A stretch of 64,000 bases of DNA, from NCBI RefSeq assembly GCF_003243515.1, contig NZ_QFRA01000016.1, positions 2,359 to 66,358 of the forward strand, written 5' to 3'. Origin of the DNA: Corynebacterium kroppenstedtii. GTDB lineage: Bacteria; Actinomycetota; Actinomycetes; Mycobacteriales; Mycobacteriaceae. A model generated the notes under the pieces. It did not search any database, was not told the origin of the DNA, and saw only the letters and a program-made list of their open reading frames with translations. Both the position numbers and the translations under genes were made by a program. How positions within the stretch are numbered: the stretch's first letter is position 1; each line of letters opens with the position of its first letter. This document shows positions 44,002-55,251 of the stretch, piece after piece.

Positions 44002-45071
44002 TCTGCCTCGAGCCGTTCGGCGCGCTCCGCGGACTGCAGCGCAGAGAAGAGATCATCCAGGTCGCCGTCGAGGACCTGGTCGAGGTTGTGCGCCTTGTAA
44101 TTAATCCTGTGGTCAGAGATGCGGTTTTCGGGGAAATTGTAGGTACGGATTCGCTCCGAACGATCCATGGTCCGCACCTGAGCAGCACGATCAGCCGACG
44201 CCGCAGCCTCTGCTTCTTCTTCCTTCATCTGCTGCAATCGGGCGGCCAGGACCTGCATCGCGCGCGCCTTGTTCTGGATCTGGCTACGTTCCTTCTGACA
44301 GGTCACGATCAACCCCGTCGGCAAGTGTGTGATGCGGACAGCGGAATCGGTCGTGTTCACACCCTGGCCACCTTTACCGGATGAGCGATACACATCGACG
44401 CGGATGTCCTTGTCATCAATCTCGACGTCCTCGATCTCATCGGGTTCCGGATAGACGAGGACACCAGCAGCGGAAGTCTGGATACGTCCCTGGGATTCGG
44501 TGACGGGAACACGTTGAACACGGTGGACGCCACCCTCAAACTTGAAGACACTCCACGCACCGTCCCGGGACGGCTTCTTGGAACGAATAGACATGGTGAT
44601 GTCTTTAATTCCCCCAAGATCCGTGGGAGCGTCATCCAAAACGTCGATCGCGAAGCCGTGTTTGTCCGCGTAGCGCTGGTACATCCGCACTAATTCGCCG
44701 GCGAAGAGGGCTGCTTCTTCTCCGCCCGCACCGGACTTCACTTCCATCACGATGTCGTCGCCATCATGGGGATCCCGTGGGGCCAAAAGGTCAGCTAGTT
44801 TATCCGATAGCTCCTCTTTTTCCGCCCGAAGACGCTCGGCTTCCGCCGCGAATTCCTGGTCTTCGTGGGCCATTTCCTCGGCGGCTTCGAGATCGTCGGT
44901 AACGGCATTTAGCCGGTCATTCGTCTGAATGATGGGCTGGAGTTCAGAGAACCGCTTCCCCACCTTCCGCGCGCGAGCAGCGTCATTATGTAAATCAGGA
45001 TCAGCTAATTGAGCTTCGAGCCCTTGATATTCCGAAACAATGTCGTCGACCGCCGAAACATGCGTCGCCAT
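43998..45071 (-). CDS. prfA: peptide chain release factor 1
   Basis: GGQ motif [17 protein letters not shown] and PVT tripeptide context [17 protein letters not shown]. Confidence 0.95.
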   Translation of the reverse strand: MATHVSAVDDIVSEYQGLEAQLADPDLHNDAARARKVGKRFSELQPIIQTNDRLNAVTDDLEAAEEMAHEDQEFAAEAERLRAEKEELSDKLADLLAPRDPHDGDDIVMEVKSGAGGEEAALFAGELVRMYQRYADKHGFAIDVLDDAPTDLGGIKDITMSIRSKKPSRDGAWSVFKFEGGVHRVQRVPVTESQGRIQTSAAGVLVYPEPDEIEDVEIDDKDIRVDVYRSSGKGGQGVNTTDSAVRITHLPTGLIVTCQKERSQIQNKARAMQVLAARLQQMKEEEAEAAASADRAAQVRTMDRSERIRTYNFPENRISDHRINYKAHNLDQVLDGDLDDLFSALQSAERAERLEAE

Positions 45072-45253
45072 GACCCAGAGTGCTCCTTTAACTGCTCACT
45101 ACAAATACCGGTAACTACACGAATATAGCGCGACGGCGGCGGCTCAACCGAACCACCGCCCGCACCGTGACCAGGAGAGGTTTACCTCCTGGCGCCACTA
45201 CTTCACATCACTGCCTGGCTTCACGGCTTAGCGTCGCGCGTGAGGGGGACGAA

Positions 45254-47278
45254 TTACTCGTCATCATCGTCGGGAACACTCATGGGTGCCGACGATGCGA
45301 TCTGCATGAGGAACTCGCCATTGTTCTTGGTCTTGCGCAGCTGCTTGATAAGCAAGTCAATGGCCTGTTGCGGATCCAGAGCCGACAAGATCCGACGCAG
45401 CTTGTGCATGACGCGTGCCTCGTCGGGAGCCAGGAGTAGCTCGTCCTTACGGGTACCCGACGGATTCACGTCGACAGCTGGGAAGACGCGGCGTTCCGAA
45501 ATCTTCCGGTCAAGCTTCAGCTCTGCGTTACCCGTGCCCTTGAATTCCTCGAAGATGACGGTGTCGCCGGCGGAACCGGTCTCGACCATCGCCGTCGCGA
45601 TAATGGTCAGCGAACCACCGTTTTCGATGTTGCGTGCCGCACCCAGGAATCGCTTCGGCGGGTAGAGGGCGTTGGAATCCACACCACCAGACAGGATACG
45701 TCCCGACGCCGGGGACGAGTTGTTGTAGGCGCGGCCCAGTCGCGTGATGGAATCCAGGAGCATAACGACGTCCTGACCAGCCTCGACAAGGCGCTTAGCC
45801 CGCTCAATCGCCAGTTCAGCGACGGTAGTGTGCTCGCTCGGCGGACGGTCAAACGTCGAGGCGATCACTTCGCCATTAACCGAGCGCTGCATATCGGTGA
45901 CTTCTTCAGGGCGCTCGTCGACAAGAACAACCATGAGGTAGCACTCTTGATTATTCGTCGTGATGGCGTTAGCGACGTCCTGCAAAATCGTCGTTTTACC
46001 GGCCTTCGGCGGGGACACGATCAGCGCGCGCTGCCCCTTACCGATCGGCATGATGAGGTCGATCACACGGGTCGTGAGCTTCTTCTGGTCCGTCTCCAAC
46101 CGCAGCCGCTGGTTCGGGTACAGCGGTGTGAGCTTGGCGAACTCGGGGCGGGCCTTGGCCTCCTCCGGCGTCATGCCGTTGACCGTGTCAACGCGCGCCA
46201 AGGGGGCGAACTTCTGCCGGTTGCGGCCGCGACCATGTTGCGGGCGGCTGGAGCCGTCCTCACGGACCTTAATCTGCCCGGTCACAGCGTCGCCACGACG
46301 CATGCCCTGGGACCGAACCATGTTCATGGACACATACACATCGTTGGGGCCGGACTGATACCCCGACGTGCGAATGAACGCGGTGTTGTTGTCGACAACA
46401 TCAAGGATGCCCGCGATCGGCTGGAAGGTTTCCCCTTCGCGCAGCTGGTTCGGGTTCTGGTTGTCGCGGTTATCCCGGTTGCGGCGGTTGCGCCGATTAC
46501 CGCGGTTATTACGGTCGTTGCGGTTATTGCGACCTCCGCGATCGTTCCGGTTGTCGCGGTCATTGCGGTTGTTGCGGCCACCCCGGTGGTCCTGGTTGTT
46601 GCGGCCACCGCGACCATTGTGGTCGTTGTTGTCACCGAAGTTGTCGTCATTGTGGCCATAACGGTCATCACGGTCGTCATTGGACCGTCGATGATCATTA
46701 TTGTTATTCCGGTCATCATCTCGGCGGGAGTTGTTGTCATCCGAATCGTCGGAAGAATCGCGGGACGATGAGTTCCGGTCATCACCATCATTGGAATGAC
46801 CGTTGTGGCGGGCACGGTGACGACGCGCACGACGTGCCTGGGACCGCGATTTGTAGCCGTGATGGCGGGAATCGTCAGAATCGTCGTTGTCGCGGCCGTT
46901 GTCATTATCCGAGCCGGAGTCCGAGTGGGAGCCGGAGCCACCCGAGTGCTCATCCCCACGACGGTCGTCGATGCCGTTGTGTCGGTTATCGGAGCCGGAA
47001 CCGTGTCCGTCGTTGTTTGCCGACGATCCAGCGTTAAATGAATCGGAGTTCGGCGATTCAGAGTTATCCGAATGGTGGGACTCTGCCTTCGGTTCCCCTG
47101 CTTTCCGTGTGGATCGACGAGGCCGAGAATACGGCTGACCAGCGTCGGCGGCCTGAATGGCTGCGATAATATCCCCCTTCCGCAGCCCTGAGAGTCCTCG
47201 AATCCCCTTTTCGGCAGCTAGCGCCTTTAATCCCGGGATGCGCATAGCGGCCAGGTTGTTCGTGTCCGTATCAGTCAC
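45254..47278 (-). CDS. rho: transcription termination factor Rho with a large N-terminal insertion domain
   Basis: Rho_N LAAMRIPGLKALAAEKGIRGL, CSD-like GILDVVDNNTAFIRTSGY and P-loop SPPKAGKTT. The start is placed at GTG 47276-47278, with GAAAGGA 6 nt upstream; the ORF is open to 47320. Confidence 0.95.
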   Translation of the reverse strand: MTDTDTNNLAAMRIPGLKALAAEKGIRGLSGLRKGDIIAAIQAADAGQPYSRPRRSTRKAGEPKAESHHSDNSESPNSDSFNAGSSANNDGHGSGSDNRHNGIDDRRGDEHSGGSGSHSDSGSDNDNGRDNDDSDDSRHHGYKSRSQARRARRHRARHNGHSNDGDDRNSSSRDSSDDSDDNNSRRDDDRNNNNDHRRSNDDRDDRYGHNDDNFGDNNDHNGRGGRNNQDHRGGRNNRNDRDNRNDRGGRNNRNDRNNRGNRRNRRNRDNRDNQNPNQLREGETFQPIAGILDVVDNNTAFIRTSGYQSGPNDVYVSMNMVRSQGMRRGDAVTGQIKVREDGSSRPQHGRGRNRQKFAPLARVDTVNGMTPEEAKARPEFAKLTPLYPNQRLRLETDQKKLTTRVIDLIMPIGKGQRALIVSPPKAGKTTILQDVANAITTNNQECYLMVVLVDERPEEVTDMQRSVNGEVIASTFDRPPSEHTTVAELAIERAKRLVEAGQDVVMLLDSITRLGRAYNNSSPASGRILSGGVDSNALYPPKRFLGAARNIENGGSLTIIATAMVETGSAGDTVIFEEFKGTGNAELKLDRKISERRVFPAVDVNPSGTRKDELLLAPDEARVMHKLRRILSALDPQQAIDLLIKQLRKTKNNGEFLMQIASSAPMSVPDDDDE
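46445..47137 (-). repeat. low-complexity R/N/D/G/S-rich coding region (Rho insertion domain, ~230 aa)
   Basis: Translation ...SDNDNGRDNDDSDDS...RGGRNNRNDRDNRNDRGGRNNRNDRNNRGNRRNRRNRDNRDN... The DNA shows short imperfect codon-level tandem repetition. Confidence 0.9.
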
Positions 47279-47860
47279 GGATGTCCTTTCGTTGCCAACC
47301 CTTCCGGGGACAATTGTCAATATTTGTCAGTAGATACGTGTCTCATCACGCGTTGGAGGGTTAGCCCTGTGGTGTTGTCCTATCGCGACGCTGCTTCATC
47401 GCTCTACCGTCGGTGGCCTCACGATGGTGTTTCTCCGATGGTGCAGCATGTCAACGGAATGTGCGTCATTTCGTATCCGCTTATGCCAATGTGCCGAAAG
47501 ACACGTGACCTGCCCGAACTGCTATCGCGGTTCTTACCATTAGCCATCGCGGGCGATGCAGATTCGCGACACTACGCGCGATTACGAAATGAAGGATTCT
47601 TTGTAGTGTCCGGTCATCGGTGTTGCATTCAGGGTGGATGAGAAATCCCCTGGATCCGCCACACTTGCTAGGCCGGAAGCCGATGTTACACATCGTTCGG
47701 CTCGATGCCCTAGCGGAGAATACACAACCTGATGAGCAGTCCGAAAACTACAACCAAAGGAATCGCCCATAACCATACCACTTTCCAGCACAAGTCGCTG
47801 CAATGGCACGCGGATGGGCTCCACCTGTATTTACGGTCTGTCTGACTTAAAGTAAACGGC

Positions 47861-49645
47861 ATGAAGTCGACGATGATGGACGTGCCTCTTTCTGTCACCC
47901 AAATTTTCACCTACGGTGCCACTGTTTTCGGGGATACAGAGGTGACGAGTTGGGGCGAATCCGGGCCAGAGACCATCACCTTTTCCGCACTCGCCGGCCG
48001 AGCCGCTGCCTGTGCTCATGCTCTACGGTCGCTCTGCGGTATCGACGCCGACCAACGCATCGGAACCATGATGGACAATTGCGCGGAGCACCTCGAAGTG
48101 TTTTTCGCCTCGTCCTGCATGGGAGCCGTCTTTAGCCCACTGAACTCGCACCTTTCCGACGATCAAATCGTCCACATCATTAACTACGTGGATCAGAAGG
48201 TCATCGTCGTTTCGCCTCGCAATGCACCCCGCCTGGCCAGGCTGATCACCGAGTGTCCGGGCGTCAACCACATCATCATCGCGTCCGGGTCGTCGGCACA
48301 GCGCGCTGAGGCCGTCGCGGCCTTCGATGCCATCCCTGACCCCCATTTTTCGGTCACCGATTATGAGGCTTTTATCGACGGTCAAGCCACCGAGTTTCCA
48401 TGGCCGGACCTTCCCGAAGACACTGCCGCTGCCCTCTGTTTTTCGACGGGCACCGAGGGGGCGCCCAAGGGGGTGGCTTATTCTCACCGGTCTATGTTCT
48501 TGCACTCGCAGTCGTTGTTGGGTGTGGATTCTTTCGCCATCACCAATGGCGTGTCCTTCCTGTGTTGTGTGCCCATTTATCACGTCCTGAGCTGGGGCGT
48601 TCCTCTCGCGGCATGGATGGCTGGTGCACCGGTCATCTTCCCCGGCGAGGACCTTTCGGCACCTCGTCTGGCGCAGGTGATTGCAACCTCGATGCCTCGT
48701 ACGGCACACGGGGTCCCAACATTGTGGGTGTCGCTCTTTTCTTACTATTTCCAAAACCCACCGAAGCGCATGAGCCTTCGGGAGATTTTCGCTGGCGGTG
48801 CTCCTGTCCCGCCAGTGCTCATCAAAGTGTGGGAAGAAAAGTTTGGTGTCGATGTCATTCATTGTTGGGGAATGACAGAAACATCACCTGTGGGAACAGT
48901 ATCGCGCCCACCAGCAGGCTTGAGCGGGGAAACGAGAGATCTCTACCGCGAATCCCAGGGTCGCTTCCCCGTCGCCATGAATTTCCGAATTGCCGACGAC
49001 GCCGGCCGCGTGCTGGAAGGACACGACCGCAACCAGGGCGAAATCCAGGTGCGCGGCAACTGGGTGACCGGCTCTTACTTCCATTCACCGACGGGTGAAG
49101 GCGACGGACCCGCTTCCCGTTTCCGCGGCGAGCCCATTGACTACGCCGATGATCGTTTCACCGACGACGGGTGGTTCCGCACAGGGGACGTCGGCTCTAT
49201 TAACCGCGATGGGTTCTTAACGGTCAATGATCGTATTCGCGATGTCATCCGTTCAGGTGGGGAATGGATTTATTCGGCAGAGCTAGAGAACTATGTTGTC
49301 GACGCTCCCCCGGTTCTTGAGTGTGCAGTTATTGGATACCCCGATGAGACATGGGGTGAGCGGCCGTTGGCAGTAACTGTTCTTGCCGACAGGGTTGAAC
49401 GGTCGGCGGCGACGGCGGAGCGTCTTCGCACACGACTGCGCGGAGTCATTCCCGGGTGGATGATCCCCGAGTACTGGGCGTTCGTTGACACCATCGATAA
49501 GACGAGCGTCGATAAATATGACAAGAAGGACCTGCGGCAGCACCTTGTCGACGGGAAGCTGGATGTCATTTCCCTGCAAGGGCCCCGTCGTAGTGGCGAT
49601 AGCTACGGCGACAATGGTTCCTCTAGCTCAGCATCGCAGGCCTAG
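47861..49645 (+). CDS. acyl-CoA synthetase / fatty-acid--CoA ligase (AMP-binding family)
   Basis: AMP-binding motif FSTGTEGAPKGVAYSH, GWFRTGDVG and SGGEWIYS. No clear SD at the annotated ATG. Confidence 0.8.
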   Translation: MKSTMMDVPLSVTQIFTYGATVFGDTEVTSWGESGPETITFSALAGRAAACAHALRSLCGIDADQRIGTMMDNCAEHLEVFFASSCMGAVFSPLNSHLSDDQIVHIINYVDQKVIVVSPRNAPRLARLITECPGVNHIIIASGSSAQRAEAVAAFDAIPDPHFSVTDYEAFIDGQATEFPWPDLPEDTAAALCFSTGTEGAPKGVAYSHRSMFLHSQSLLGVDSFAITNGVSFLCCVPIYHVLSWGVPLAAWMAGAPVIFPGEDLSAPRLAQVIATSMPRTAHGVPTLWVSLFSYYFQNPPKRMSLREIFAGGAPVPPVLIKVWEEKFGVDVIHCWGMTETSPVGTVSRPPAGLSGETRDLYRESQGRFPVAMNFRIADDAGRVLEGHDRNQGEIQVRGNWVTGSYFHSPTGEGDGPASRFRGEPIDYADDRFTDDGWFRTGDVGSINRDGFLTVNDRIRDVIRSGGEWIYSAELENYVVDAPPVLECAVIGYPDETWGERPLAVTVLADRVERSAATAERLRTRLRGVIPGWMIPEYWAFVDTIDKTSVDKYDKKDLRQHLVDGKLDVISLQGPRRSGDSYGDNGSSSSASQA

Positions 49646-49686
49646 CGTCTGGGCGGGAAAGCCCGCCACGCGCTCATCCCACGCAT

Positions 49687-50619
49687 CTATCCCAGTTCTT
49701 TGCGATTGACCTGGATAGGCCCGGCAATGGGGAGCGTCAGAACGCGAAGCCCCTCAGAGGATGCGGTGTCAACGATTTCGGCGGGCAAATCCTCGGTGGA
49801 GAGAACCATGATGGTGGGACCAGCGCCCGACAAGTATGCCGCATAACCCCGGTTACGCAGGCGATTCACCCATTCCGCAGAGACCGGCAAAGCATCTGCA
49901 CGGTAGGGCTGGTGAAGGCGATCCCTCGTGCCCTCCCACAACAGCTCGGGGTTGGTGCGCAGCGCGACCGTCATGACCGCCGTTCGAGACACATTGAATC
50001 GTGCGTCAACATGGCTCACATCACTGGGCAGCACTCGACGCACCGCATTCGTCGACGCCGTGAAATCCGGGATAAAGGCCGTCGCGCGAATGTCGGGGTG
50101 AACATCCACGCCGATCGCGTGGTACTGGGGCGCAGTTTCACCATCGACTGGCGTATCTGTCCAGGACACCACTGCCCCCCCCAGCACAGATGCAGCCGCA
50201 TTATCGGGGTGCCCCTCAAAAGAACTAACAACCTGAACAACCTGATCGGTGGTGAGGGCGTTATCCGCTAAGGCATTAGCAGCACATACTCCAGCCGCTG
50301 CTGCCGCCGCCGACGAGCCGAGACCGCGCGATTGCGGAATCGAGTTTTCGCAGGAGACCGCCAGGCCGGGCACATCGACATGGGCAACGCGAAGTCCTTC
50401 ACGAATCGCCCGCACCACTAAGTGCGTTCCATCGAGGGGAACCTCACCGGCGCCTTCGCCCTGCATGTCAACGGTTAAGCCGGACGCAGTGACCTCGACG
50501 GTCACCAGGTCATAGAGCCCCACGGCCAAGCCGAGGGTGTCGAATCCGGGCCCAAGATTGGCCGACGACGCTGGCACGCGGACCGTGACCGAGCGCCCCA
50601 CCGGGATATCGTGTGGCAC
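49687..50619 (-). CDS. thrB: homoserine kinase
   Basis: GHMP kinase motif [16 protein letters not shown] and N-terminal [12 protein letters not shown]. The GTG start directly abuts the hom stop. Confidence 0.9.
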   Translation of the reverse strand: MPHDIPVGRSVTVRVPASSANLGPGFDTLGLAVGLYDLVTVEVTASGLTVDMQGEGAGEVPLDGTHLVVRAIREGLRVAHVDVPGLAVSCENSIPQSRGLGSSAAAAAAGVCAANALADNALTTDQVVQVVSSFEGHPDNAAASVLGGAVVSWTDTPVDGETAPQYHAIGVDVHPDIRATAFIPDFTASTNAVRRVLPSDVSHVDARFNVSRTAVMTVALRTNPELLWEGTRDRLHQPYRADALPVSAEWVNRLRNRGYAAYLSGAGPTIMVLSTEDLPAEIVDTASSEGLRVLTLPIAGPIQVNRKELG

Positions 50620-51954
50620 TTAGCCGTCCCCCTCCATGCGCAGCACGCGTTCGACGGACAGCACCGTATCGATCGATGAGACGTCGGCCACGGTTTTCTC
50701 GAGGTCGTCTTCCCGCGCCATGTGGGTGACAACGACCAGCCGAGCGCCGTTTTCGCTGCCCTCCTGGCGGACAGTCTTCAGCGATATGCCGCGGTTAGCG
50801 AAGCACTTGGCGACGTCGGCAAGAACACCAACCTGGTCCTTCACGTGCATGACGACGTGGTACCGGGTGTCGATAGAACCGAAAGACGCGATAGACAACG
50901 ACGCGTACACAGACTCTCCCGGAGCACGACCACCCAAAACGATGTTTCGTGACGCACCGATCACGTCACCCAAGACAGCGGACGCGGTCGGGTTTCCGCC
51001 GGCACCATTTCCGTAAAACATCAGACGCCCAGCGGCTTCCGCCTCGACGAACACAGCGTTGAACGATTGCGACACGCTCGCCAACGGGTGATTACGCGAC
51101 ACCAACGCCGGATACACCCTGGCAGAGACAGATTCCTTGCCATCGCTATCGACAAGTCGCTCACAGAGGGCCAGCAACTTAATAGTGCATCCCACCGCTT
51201 TTGCCGACGCAATATCCGCCGCGGTGATCTCGCGGATGCCCTCGCGGTAGACGTCGTCGGCGGACACGCGCGTGTGGAAAGCAATGGATGCGAGGATGGC
51301 GGCCTTGGATGCTGCGTCATATCCGTCGACGTCGGCGGTGGGATCTGCTTCGGCATATCCCAAACGGGTCGCTTCAGCCAGCATCTCGTCATAGGACGCG
51401 CCCGACTCATCCATCGCGTCCAGGATGAAGTTCGTCGTCCCGTTGACAATGCCCATGACCCGGTTGACGCGGTCACCAGCGAGAGAGCGGCGCAGAGGTC
51501 CCACCACCGGGATCGCCGCCGCCACCGCTGCTTCGAAGAACAAATCTGCGCCCGACGCGTCCGCTGCTTCGGCTAATTCGTCCGCGTGAGCCGCCACCAG
51601 GGCTTTGTTCGCGGTGACGACGGACTTCCCGGCCCGCAACGCCGCCAACACGAGCTTTCGTGGCAGGTCGATGCCGCCGATGACTTCCACGACGAGATCG
51701 ATATCGTCGTGAAGAACCAAGCTCATAGCATCGTCAGTGAGGAGGTCGGGATCAACGCCTTCACGTGGGCGGGATAGATCGGACACCGCCACACCGCGGA
51801 TTTCTATTGGCCCACCAGCTCGTTCGGTAAATTCGTCGGCATACTCGTTCATGAGGCGATAGGCAGCCTGCCCGACGGTGCCAAAGCCGAGGAGGGCAAC
51901 TCCGACGGTTTCCCCGGCCCCTTTTCCGGTGTTGTAGCTAGTTTGCTGGGTCAT
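50620..51954 (-). CDS. hom: homoserine dehydrogenase
   Basis: Rossmann VGVALLGFGTVG, catalytic-domain and C-terminal ACT region; hom-thrB arrangement. Confidence 0.9.
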   Translation of the reverse strand: MTQQTSYNTGKGAGETVGVALLGFGTVGQAAYRLMNEYADEFTERAGGPIEIRGVAVSDLSRPREGVDPDLLTDDAMSLVLHDDIDLVVEVIGGIDLPRKLVLAALRAGKSVVTANKALVAAHADELAEAADASGADLFFEAAVAAAIPVVGPLRRSLAGDRVNRVMGIVNGTTNFILDAMDESGASYDEMLAEATRLGYAEADPTADVDGYDAASKAAILASIAFHTRVSADDVYREGIREITAADIASAKAVGCTIKLLALCERLVDSDGKESVSARVYPALVSRNHPLASVSQSFNAVFVEAEAAGRLMFYGNGAGGNPTASAVLGDVIGASRNIVLGGRAPGESVYASLSIASFGSIDTRYHVVMHVKDQVGVLADVAKCFANRGISLKTVRQEGSENGARLVVVTHMAREDDLEKTVADVSSIDTVLSVERVLRMEGDG

Positions 51955-52132
51955 ATTCCTATCCCTTGTACGGTGTTCGGTTTACAATGTTGCTGGCTGA
52001 ACGTCGTTGTCCTGTATGCGTCGGCAGACAAACCTGTATGAAGGATACTATATCTAGTATTTATGCTGGTCTACTCAGGTTTTAGGTGACCGGCAGATTG
52101 GATAGACGGATTCGACCTATCGTCAGCAGTCG

Positions 52133-53578
52133 TCAGCAATCTTCGTCGAGTGCAAGAAGATCGTCGATTGTTTCCCGACGGATCATCACGCGTTCGTTCC
52201 CGTCACGCACCGCGACAACGGCCGGCCGGCAAAACATGTTGTACCGCGACGACATGGAGAAGCAGTACGCGCCAGTGCCTGCGAGGGCGATACGGTCCCC
52301 GACCTCGATATCGTCGGGATAAATCCCATCTTCGACGAGGATGTCTCCAGATTCACAGTGCGATCCCACCAGGCGAGTGGGAATCGGCTTTCCGTGCATC
52401 AGGCGATTAATCACCCGTCCGTCGTAATGGGCGTTGTATAGCGCGGGGCGGATATTATCTGACATCCCGCCATCAACGGCGAGATAACGCCGCGTGGATC
52501 GCTCATCCGTGGGCACATCTTTAATTGTCCCCACCGTGTAGACGGTCACCGTCGACGGGCCGGCAATAGCACGCCCTGGTTCAACCATCAACGTCGGGGG
52601 GTCAAAGTGCAGGTCATGGACGGCTTTGTGGACGCGTGCTTTAAGATCGTCAGCCACCGAGCGGACATCGAGGGGAGAATCCGACGCGCTGTAGGCAATA
52701 CCGTAGCCGCCACCCAGATCCAGGATGTCCAAGGAGTCCTTGACATCTTTTTTCTCGACGCCACCGTCGCTGCCGTACCGCCCGAGTTGGTGGTGCAAGT
52801 CAGCCATCAAGCCGAGCAAACGTTCAGCCGCCAGAGAGAACCCGTCAGCGTCGAAAACCTGTGATCCGACGTGACAGTGCAGCCCGGCGACGGCCAGCGA
52901 GTCGTAGTCCATCGCCGCGAGGACAGCATCCTTAGCTGCCCCGGATGCCAACGAGAGGCCGAATTTCTGGTCTTCATGTGAAGTTGCAATGAATTCGTGA
53001 GTGTCCGCGTGAACACCTGGTGTCACACGAATTAGCACTTCTTGGCGGACACCAGCATCGCGAGCAATCTTTCCTAGCCGATCCACTTCCTGGCGGGAGT
53101 CGATCACAATGTGGCCCACGCCTGCCTGAACGCCCTTGGTCAACGTGCTGTCCAACTTGTTATTGCCATGCACGGTGATGCGCTCGGGAGGAAAACCTGC
53201 ACGCAATGCCACGTCCAGCTCACCATCGGAGGCGACGTCGAGGCACAATCCCTCGCTCGCTACCCATCGAGCAATCCCAACAGTGAGGAATGCTTTGGAC
53301 GCGTAATGGACGTACTCGGGACCGTCGAAAGCATCAGCCATGGCCCGGCATCGAGCTCGGAAATCGTCCTCATCCACGACCATGAAAGGAGTTCCGTACT
53401 TGTTAGCCAAGTCGACCAAGCGAACACCAGCGATCAACACCTGGCCATCGTCGTCGCGGTGCGCGTTCATAGGCCACACATGCGGTGGAAGAGCATTGAA
53501 TTGGTCGGTTGAAAACTCGGGCAGGCTCGCGTCGGCGTATAGATGCACGAAGCCTGGTCCTTTACTCAGTAGATCCAC
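52133..53578 (-). CDS. lysA: diaminopimelate decarboxylase
   Basis: PLP-lysine context [18 protein letters not shown] and CESGD; immediately downstream of argS. Confidence 0.9.
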   Translation of the reverse strand: MDLLSKGPGFVHLYADASLPEFSTDQFNALPPHVWPMNAHRDDDGQVLIAGVRLVDLANKYGTPFMVVDEDDFRARCRAMADAFDGPEYVHYASKAFLTVGIARWVASEGLCLDVASDGELDVALRAGFPPERITVHGNNKLDSTLTKGVQAGVGHIVIDSRQEVDRLGKIARDAGVRQEVLIRVTPGVHADTHEFIATSHEDQKFGLSLASGAAKDAVLAAMDYDSLAVAGLHCHVGSQVFDADGFSLAAERLLGLMADLHHQLGRYGSDGGVEKKDVKDSLDILDLGGGYGIAYSASDSPLDVRSVADDLKARVHKAVHDLHFDPPTLMVEPGRAIAGPSTVTVYTVGTIKDVPTDERSTRRYLAVDGGMSDNIRPALYNAHYDGRVINRLMHGKPIPTRLVGSHCESGDILVEDGIYPDDIEVGDRIALAGTGAYCFSMSSRYNMFCRPAVVAVRDGNERVMIRRETIDDLLALDEDC

Positions 53579-53586
53579 GGGGGCTC

Positions 53587-55251
53587 CTACATGCGTTCGG
53601 GTGCGCTGACACCGAGAAGGTTCAATGCGTTAGCGATTATTTGGCGCGTTGCCTGCGCTAATGCCAGCCGTGCATAGACAATCGGCGCTGCGTCGTCACC
53701 CGTCGGCTCTGTTTTCTTGGGAAGGATTTGGCAAGCGTCATAGAACCGGTGGAATGTCCCCGCCAGCTCCTCCATGTAGCGCGCAATACGGTGCGGTTCA
53801 CGGAGCTCCGCCGCGGTTCCCACCACAGAGGGGAACTCGCCCAGAGTGCGGATGAGCGCACCCTCGTAATCATTAGTCAGAAGAGAGTAATCGGGGTCCT
53901 TGACCGCGATCCCCGCTGCCTGCGCCTTCCTCCCCAACGAGCACAGCCGCGCGTGCGCATACTGCACATAAAACACGGGATTGTCGTTAGTTTGGCGTGC
54001 CCACAGATCCATATCAATATCCAGTGTTTGGTCCACTGAGCTACGGATAAGGGCATAGCGTGCGGCGTCGACACCAATAAGTTCGACGAGGTCATCGAGG
54101 GTAATGACCGTCCCGGCGCGCTTCGACATCTTGACCGCTTTACCGTCGCGCACCAGGTTCACCATCTGACCGATCAGGACCTCGACCTGGGTGGGGGCAT
54201 ATCCGAGAGCCTGAGCGGCCGCCTTGAGGCGAGCGATATAACCGTGGTGGTCGGCGCCCAACATATAGATGCATAGATTGTGACCACGTTCGATTTTGTC
54301 CCTGATATAGGCAATATCTCCCGCGATGTATGCTGCGTCGCCGTCGGATTTGATCACGACGCGATCTTTGTCGTCGCCAAACGAGGTGCTGCGCAGCCAC
54401 CATGCCCCGTCGGCCCCATACAGGTTGCCGTTGTCCTTTAGTTTTTGTATCGCTTGATCCACCGCGCCGGATTCGAAGAGCGAGTTCTCATGGAAGAAGA
54501 CGTCGAAATCAGTGCCGAATTCGTGGAGCGTGCGCTTGATGTGCGCAAACATGAGGTCCACGCCTTCTTTACGGAAGAGTTCCTGGCGTTCCTCAGGCGG
54601 CAGCTGCGTTGCTTCCGGGTGCTTATCGACGACGGACGACGCGATGTCCTGAATGTATTCCCCCCCGTAGCCGTCCTCCGGAGTGGGCTGGCCGAGGGCC
54701 GCCGCGACGAGTGAGCGCGCGAAGCGGTCGATCTGCCGCCCGTGGTCGTTGAAGTAATACTCCCTGGTAATCGACGCGCCACGGAATGCGAAGATGCGTC
54801 CAAGAGCGTCACCAACTGCGGCCCAGCGTGTACCGCCCAGGTGGATCGGCCCGGTGGGGTTCGCGGATACGAATTCCAGGTTGATAACCTCGTCGCTGAG
54901 TTCTGAGCTGCTGCCGAACCGTTCCCCTTCGGCAAGAATGCGCCCGACGATTTCTCCCTGAGCGGCGGCAGCTAGGCGAATGTTGAGAAACCCTGGGCCG
55001 GCGACATCGACAGTGCCGATGGCGGAGTTGGTGGCTAAGTCTTCTGCCAGCCAACCGGCTAGCTCCCGCGGTGATGTTCCCACTTTCTTGGCAATCTGCA
55101 AGGCCAAGTTCGTTGCATAGTCGCCGTGTTCTGGGTTACGGGGTCGTTCTACGGTCACCGTCGGCGGTAGTACCGAGGCATCTTTCCCGTGGTGTGATAA
55201 GACGGATTCAGCACGCGTGGCAATGAGAGTCGACAATTCTTCGGGAGTCAT
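53587..55251 (-). CDS. argS: arginine--tRNA ligase
   Basis: Class I motif [20 protein letters not shown] (KMSK-like) and C-terminal anticodon-binding domain; 554 aa. Confidence 0.95.
   Translation of the reverse strand: MTPEELSTLIATRAESVLSHHGKDASVLPPTVTVERPRNPEHGDYATNLALQIAKKVGTSPRELAGWLAEDLATNSAIGTVDVAGPGFLNIRLAAAAQGEIVGRILAEGERFGSSSELSDEVINLEFVSANPTGPIHLGGTRWAAVGDALGRIFAFRGASITREYYFNDHGRQIDRFARSLVAAALGQPTPEDGYGGEYIQDIASSVVDKHPEATQLPPEERQELFRKEGVDLMFAHIKRTLHEFGTDFDVFFHENSLFESGAVDQAIQKLKDNGNLYGADGAWWLRSTSFGDDKDRVVIKSDGDAAYIAGDIAYIRDKIERGHNLCIYMLGADHHGYIARLKAAAQALGYAPTQVEVLIGQMVNLVRDGKAVKMSKRAGTVITLDDLVELIGVDAARYALIRSSVDQTLDIDMDLWARQTNDNPVFYVQYAHARLCSLGRKAQAAGIAVKDPDYSLLTNDYEGALIRTLGEFPSVVGTAAELREPHRIARYMEELAGTFHRFYDACQILPKKTEPTGDDAAPIVYARLALAQATRQIIANALNLLGVSAPERM

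Noticed and set aside
45830-46771. 313-aa hydrophobic (V/I/A-rich) ORF antisense to rho that looks like a membrane protein
   Set aside because: The hydrophobic runs are simply the reverse-complement reading of the repeated Arg/Asn/Asp codons (CGN/AAC/GAC gives V/I/A-rich antisense). It is an artefact of the Rho low-complexity insert.
46324-46959. 211-aa Thr-rich ORF on the rho strand in an alternative frame
   Set aside because: It is a frame-shifted reading of the same codon repeats. It has no start context, and the Rho frame is continuous with conserved flanks.
46445-47137. Short tandem-like DNA repeats, also at 61860-62297, considered as CRISPR or a non-coding repeat array
   Set aside because: The units are degenerate and only 9-30 nt long, with no unique spacers. 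They lie in frame inside long ORFs with conserved flanking domains, so they are coding low-complexity regions, not CRISPR.
47710-47862. 50-aa ORF (MPFTLSQTDRKYRWSPSACHCSDLCWKVVWLWAIPLVVVFGLLIRLCILR) with a C-terminal TM helix, diverging from the acyl-CoA synthetase start (shared CATG)
   Set aside because: It has no Shine-Dalgarno sequence and uses many A/T-ending codons that look atypical next to neighbouring genes. I recognise no homology. It cannot be supported without ribosome profiling or conservation data.
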